NCBI GenBank assembly: GCA_023254095.1
Contig: JALNLM010000002.1
Location: 134,594 to 198,593, forward strand
Direction: 5' to 3'
Source: Candidatus Geocrenenecus huangii
GTDB lineage: Archaea; Thermoproteota; Nitrososphaeria_A; Caldarchaeales; Wolframiiraptoraceae
DNA: 64,000 nt
Shown: one piece after another, positions 59,219 through 64,000 of the stretch
Layout: each line of letters begins with the position of its first letter
Position numbering within the stretch: the stretch's first letter is position 1
Notes under the pieces: model-generated
Databases searched by the model: none
Told to the model about the DNA's origin: nothing
Seen by the model: the letters and a program-made list of their open reading frames with translations, nothing else
Made by a program: the position numbers and the translations under genes

Positions 59219-60532
59219 ATGACTCAACTATGGACGGAAAGATATAGACCGAAAAAAGTGGGTGAGGTGGTAGGAAACCCGGAATCCGTGAAAGCCTTCG
59301 TTGAGTGGATGAAAAGTTGGGAGATAGGGAAACCTATCAAGAAAGCTGCACTACTCTATGGACCTGCGGGGGTAGGCAAGACAAGCCTAGCACTAGCCTA
59401 TGCGAAAGAGTATGGATACGATATAGTCGAGGTTAACGCTAGCGATTGGAGGAACGAGGAGAAAATGAAAGCAGTTGTAGGAGAATCATCCCATTACGCT
59501 TCTCTAGAGGGTTCCTCAAAGAAGATGATCTTAGTAGACGAAGTGGATGGAGTAGCGGGAAGGGAGGATGCAGGAGGGCTCTCAGCGCTAAGAAAGATAA
59601 TAAATGAGACAAGAGTACCGATAGTGATGGTGGCAAACAATCCATGGGACCAGAGATTAGCTCCTATTAGAGAACAATCATTAATGATAGAATTCAAGAG
59701 ACTTAACAAGACCACCATAATTAAGAGATTGAAAGAGATCTGTGAGAAGGAAAAAATAAGCGTTTCGGAAACTGTGTTGAGCAAGCTTGCCGAGAGATCG
59801 GAAGGTGACCTTCGCTCAGCTATAATGGATCTACAAGCAGTAGCAGCCGGCAAACCCGTAGTAACTGAAAAAGATTTAGAAGTATTAGGAGTCAGAAACA
59901 GGGTTAGAGAAATATTCGAGGCTCTGAGATATATTTTCTATGCAAAGAGTGTTAGAAGCGCTAGAGCTGCTCTAGAAGGCTTAGACCTAGATCCGGAGAC
60001 CATCTATACATGGATCCTTGATAATGCTCCCACGCAGATAACTGAGCCTGATGAACTAGCAGAGGCCATGAATATACTTGCTAAAGCCGACATGGTTCTT
60101 GTAAGAATAAACAAGCTCCAGATGTGGAGACTCATGAAGTATGCGATACCTTTAATGACTGGGGGAGTTTCAGTAGTTAGGAAAACACCACCTAAAGGTT
60201 TTCAGAAATTCACTTTCCCTCCAAAGATTAGACTCATGCAACAATTCAAAACTGAGAGAGAGTTCAGACAGAATATCTCATTAAAGATTGCTTCTAAACT
60301 ACATCTCTCAGCATATAAAGCAAACAAAGACGTTCTTCCATATGTTGGGTTCATAATAGCTCGTGAAGATAAGTCGAGACATAGTCTGAGTCAGTATTTT
60401 GAATTTACAAATGAGGAGATTGAATATTTGAAGAGAGCCTACGGTGAGGTCAAAGAAGGAAGAGAAGCTGTAGAAGAGAAGAAAGAAAAGCCGGTACAAC
60501 AAAAGAAGAAAAAAACAGGGTTCTTGTCTTAG
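59219..60532 (+). CDS. rfcL: Replication factor C large subunit
   Basis: WTERYRP, GPAGVGKT, NASD, DEVD, GDLRSA; follows rfcS. Confidence 0.94.
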   Translation: MTQLWTERYRPKKVGEVVGNPESVKAFVEWMKSWEIGKPIKKAALLYGPAGVGKTSLALAYAKEYGYDIVEVNASDWRNEEKMKAVVGESSHYASLEGSSKKMILVDEVDGVAGREDAGGLSALRKIINETRVPIVMVANNPWDQRLAPIREQSLMIEFKRLNKTTIIKRLKEICEKEKISVSETVLSKLAERSEGDLRSAIMDLQAVAAGKPVVTEKDLEVLGVRNRVREIFEALRYIFYAKSVRSARAALEGLDLDPETIYTWILDNAPTQITEPDELAEAMNILAKADMVLVRINKLQMWRLMKYAIPLMTGGVSVVRKTPPKGFQKFTFPPKIRLMQQFKTEREFRQNISLKIASKLHLSAYKANKDVLPYVGFIIAREDKSRHSLSQYFEFTNEEIEYLKRAYGEVKEGREAVEEKKEKPVQQKKKKTGFLS

Positions 60533-60560
60533 CGGTCGCATTAAAACGTATGGATGATCT

Positions 60561-61736
60561 TCAGAATCTCGCCTGTTTTCCTGGCAGAAGGGGTTCTAAT
60601 TCTTTCTTCAGTATAGATGTGGGGACGCCTGGAAGGGAGATATAGGATTTTCTGCCTCTCGACCCCTCACTTACAACTCTTATCTTGATTATTCCAAGAT
60701 CGTCTAGTCTTTGAAGAGCCTCCCAGAAACTCGTATATGATTTAGGGTCAACATCATATTCTTCGCATACGAGTCTATAATAATCGTTTAAAGTACTTGA
60801 GGTAACGTAAGCGGATTTTTCAGCTTCTAAGGCTTTAGCTAATGCAAGCAGTATAAGTTTAGAATGTTGTTCGAGGAATTCTAGATGTTCTCTTCTAATA
60901 GTCGGGTAGACGCTTGCAGTCGCTTTCCTTACATGTTCAGGCATAACTTGAGTAGAATTCTCAGCTTCAGCATATTTCCCAGCCCTCCACAGTATGTCAA
61001 GTGCATACCTAGCATCCCCCCTCTCACTTGCAATATCCGCTATTAGGTGTAATGACTCATCCATCACAACTTCCGGTCTAAAAGCTAGACTCGCCCTATA
61101 CTTCAGAATATCGTATAGCTGGTTATAGTCATATTCTCTTAGATGGATCACGTTTCCTAGAAGACTACTTCTCGTACTTGCATCAAGTGCATCAAGCATC
61201 TCAGGATTCCTAAATATGAATATCGTGGATATCCGAGGAGTCTTCAATCTTTCTTCGCCAACCCTGGAGAACAAGTAGAAAGGCTCTGAACCTTCTTCTC
61301 TTAACAGTACCTCAACTTCATCCAGTACAATTATAGAGTAGAATCCTTTATACTCTAGGTAGTCTAAAAATTTATGAAAAAGTTCCTCATTGGATAGTCC
61401 CCTCTCAGGCAGTCTTGCTTTTAACTGCTCTATCAATTTTCTCAAAAGTGAGAAAGTGGTCTTGCTTATTCGGCAATTCACATACAGAGGCTTTAATTCT
61501 ACTCCTTTTCTCACTGCCTCAGACACTGCCTTCTGGCAGAACAATTTAGCTAACACGCTCTTACCTGTCCCAACGGATCCTGTAATTATGACTCTAGTTG
61601 AGATCGATGGACTACCCAAGATGATACTACTAAAATACGTCTTCAACATGTTCAATTCATTCTCACGGTGCGGCAGCTCCTGAGGAACATATTCCGGAGA
61701 AAGTTTTTCTTCGTCTTTAAATATCCTCATCCCCAA
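60561..61736 (-). CDS. cdc6: Orc1/Cdc6 replication initiator
   Basis: YVPQELPHRE, GSVGTGKS, YVNC, LDE, GDARYALD, winged-helix RGR wing. Confidence 0.94.
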   Translation of the reverse strand: MGMRIFKDEEKLSPEYVPQELPHRENELNMLKTYFSSIILGSPSISTRVIITGSVGTGKSVLAKLFCQKAVSEAVRKGVELKPLYVNCRISKTTFSLLRKLIEQLKARLPERGLSNEELFHKFLDYLEYKGFYSIIVLDEVEVLLREEGSEPFYLFSRVGEERLKTPRISTIFIFRNPEMLDALDASTRSSLLGNVIHLREYDYNQLYDILKYRASLAFRPEVVMDESLHLIADIASERGDARYALDILWRAGKYAEAENSTQVMPEHVRKATASVYPTIRREHLEFLEQHSKLILLALAKALEAEKSAYVTSSTLNDYYRLVCEEYDVDPKSYTSFWEALQRLDDLGIIKIRVVSEGSRGRKSYISLPGVPTSILKKELEPLLPGKQARF

Positions 61737-61915
61737 GGAATATTGTTAATGGGTAGATATAAGAAATTAGTCGTCACGGAATTATGGAGAAATCTAGGGT
61801 AGGCTTGAGAAGACATGTATTTTCTATCGAGTTGAAACGTTAGGAATTTATATGACATAGCCCAATAAATATGATTAAGATAAGTATTTATTTTCCATCG
61901 TTACAATCCTAAAGC

Positions 61916-62656
61916 ATGGTCAAGCCAACCGTCCCCATATCCTTTGGAGAGTTTAAGTTCTCAGTCGATGAGATAGAAGAATTTCTAAGAGGTGCTCCAC
62001 CCGATGAAAGATTCCAGAAACCTTTCCCGCCTAAAATCTATAGGCTGAAGAGCGGGGAGCCAATAATTGTTCGACCTGCAACCAAAGATGAGGGGCCGGC
62101 TATGCTTCAAACATTGAAGCAGCTCATCGACTCAAAGTATGATAAGGATTTTTATCATCTAGTAGCTGTAAGAACATATTCGGAAATTCTTGCTTGGATG
62201 CAGAATAGGTTGAAGGACGGCTACGTGATTGTGGCCACAGATAGAGACGGAGAATTGATGGGGATCGTCAATCATAGATATTTCAACGAAGATGTATGCA
62301 TAAGTCTTCACACAATAGTCTTCAAGAGAGCTGAAAGACTTGGAATTTTCCTTTACGCAGCAAAAGTTGAGCATGCATTTGATGTAGTCGGGGTAAACGA
62401 ATGGTGGGCCACATTTGAAAGTCCCTTCGGATTCAGGATGGGATTCAGACTCCAGCATACAACCAAACCGTGGCCTCAAGTCCAGCATGAGCTCGGAGGA
62501 GCAAGAGTATACTACATAACTAGAGAGCAGTGGAATAAATCTGTGAAACCATATCTTACATCAGTTGGTCTAATGGGTGAGAGACCAGTTCCGGAGGACG
62601 TGCTAAAGAAGACCATACCGTTAAAGCCGACTTCAAAGCTCGAGATAGAATTCTAG
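61916..62656 (+). CDS. GNAT-like conserved protein
   Basis: IIVRPATKDE, GELMG and WWATFES suggest an acetyltransferase fold. Confidence 0.6.
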   Translation: MVKPTVPISFGEFKFSVDEIEEFLRGAPPDERFQKPFPPKIYRLKSGEPIIVRPATKDEGPAMLQTLKQLIDSKYDKDFYHLVAVRTYSEILAWMQNRLKDGYVIVATDRDGELMGIVNHRYFNEDVCISLHTIVFKRAERLGIFLYAAKVEHAFDVVGVNEWWATFESPFGFRMGFRLQHTTKPWPQVQHELGGARVYYITREQWNKSVKPYLTSVGLMGERPVPEDVLKKTIPLKPTSKLEIEF

Positions 62657-62760
62657 AATGCAGTTTTCTAAAATTTTATTTTTTACAATGACGTATAGAG
62701 AAAAGATATATTATGGTTTTAGAACTTAGAAGTGTATACTGGTTCATGGAGGTGTGATCC

Positions 62761-64000
62761 GTGAAGTACGTGGGGAAACCTATTCAAAGAATCGATGCAT
62801 ACGAGAAGGTAACCGGATTCGCTGAATACGCGGGAGATCTAGAGCTCCCCGGAATGTTATATGCAAAATTACTTCTGAGCCCTTATGCACATGCTAGGAT
62901 TAGATCGATAGACATTAGTAATGCGTTAAAGATACAAGGTGTTGTAACGATCGCTACAGGTGAAGATTTTCCTTTTCGAGTTGGGCTATATGTGAACGAC
63001 AGATATATCTTGGCAAGGAAAAAAGTTAGATGGATAGGAGAACCGGTTGCTGCAGTCGTTGCAGAAGACTTAGAGACTGCAGAAGAAGCTGTTGAGTTAA
63101 TAAGGGTAGAATATGATCCTCTGCCACCTGTCTTGGATGTTAGAGATGCATTGAAACATGATGCTCCCTTAGTCCACGAAGAACTGGGAGAATATGCACA
63201 CTCTCCAGCTTTCAACCCGATACCCGGTACAAATATAGCTAATAGATTCGTTGTTAAAAAAGGAAATATAGAGGATGGTTTCAGAAAGAGTGATGTAATT
63301 GTAGAAAACGAATTCTTTATGCCTCAAGTCTCTCATGTCCCTATGGAGCCTCACGTATGTATAGGGCAATACTTAAAGGATGGAAGCATAAAATTATGGA
63401 CATCTGCTCAAAGCCCCTTCGCTATTAGGTATATTCTAGGCTATTCGCTTGGAATACCGTTACATAAGATATCTGTGTACGTTCCATATGTTGGGGGAGG
63501 CTTTGGAGGAAAAGCGGGGATAAACTTTGAACCATTGGTAGCTCTATTATCTAAGAAGGCTGGATATAGACCTGTCAAGCTCGAATTAACACGTGAAGAA
63601 CAGTTCATGACGGCGCCTGTTAGACAAGGATTTTACGGAAAGATCAAGACGGGTGTAACGAGAGATGGGAGAATAATGGCTAAGAAGATCTTCTACGCAT
63701 TCGATGCTGGAGCCTATGCGGATTACGGGGTAAACATAGGTCGAGCTGCTGGATACTCGTGCACGGGTCCATATTATGTTCCAAACCTAGAAGGTGAATC
63801 TTTAACCGTATATACAAACCATCCATGGGGAACTGCTTTCAGAGGGTTTGGACACTTCGAGTTTCTATGGGCGATAGAAAGGCAGATGGAGATAGTGGCC
63901 GCAGAGATTGGGATGGATCCCGTCGAATTTAGATTAAAGAACGCTCTCCTTCCAGGTCTTACTACTGCTACAGGTGAAAAATTGAGAGAAGATGCTGGTA
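62761..64000 (+). CDS. Xanthine dehydrogenase family molybdopterin-binding large subunit (partial, runs off window; not in ORF track)
   Basis: GTG start with GGAGGTG SD; RIDAYEKVTG, SPYAHARI, VGGGFGGK, AFRGFG. Confidence 0.92.
   Translation, partial: MKYVGKPIQRIDAYEKVTGFAEYAGDLELPGMLYAKLLLSPYAHARIRSIDISNALKIQGVVTIATGEDFPFRVGLYVNDRYILARKKVRWIGEPVAAVVAEDLETAEEAVELIRVEYDPLPPVLDVRDALKHDAPLVHEELGEYAHSPAFNPIPGTNIANRFVVKKGNIEDGFRKSDVIVENEFFMPQVSHVPMEPHVCIGQYLKDGSIKLWTSAQSPFAIRYILGYSLGIPLHKISVYVPYVGGGFGGKAGINFEPLVALLSKKAGYRPVKLELTREEQFMTAPVRQGFYGKIKTGVTRDGRIMAKKIFYAFDAGAYADYGVNIGRAAGYSCTGPYYVPNLEGESLTVYTNHPWGTAFRGFGHFEFLWAIERQMEIVAAEIGMDPVEFRLKNALLPGLTTATGEKLREDAG

Noticed and set aside
1-64000. tRNA, rRNA, SRP or RNase P RNA, CRISPR array, transposase, integrase, intein
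   Set aside because: No GC-rich stable-RNA islands, regularly spaced repeats, recombinase motifs or oversize insertions seen by eye.

Overview
AT-rich, gene-dense archaeal chromosomal segment. Crenactin with an arcadin-2-like gene, eL33/L35Ae, a stand-alone EF-2 and a ValRS with an HIGA motif point to a TACK archaeon, most plausibly Aigarchaeota/Caldarchaeales (inference). It holds about 60 mostly housekeeping genes: translation (valS, asnS, gltX, fusA, eif2g, five ribosomal proteins), replication (lig, rfcS/L, cdc6), Moco synthesis, an amino-acid ABC transporter and surface proteins. I saw no tRNA, rRNA, CRISPR array or transposase. Most notable: (1) an orphan SegB-like gene with no segA, next to an intergenic array of GGATTA/TAATCC motifs; (2) two microproteins missing from the ORF track, a 47-aa histone-H1-like Lys/Ala protein and a 39-aa poly-Glu protein; (3) a translationally coupled crenactin operon with an unknown first gene; (4) two C/D-box sRNAs, one registering on 16S C1402; (5) a kink-turn over the rpl7ae start codon and a structured rpl35ae leader; (6) a frameshifted MoaD/SAMP remnant and two perfect palindromes. 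Family assignments come from motif recognition and recall, not database searches.
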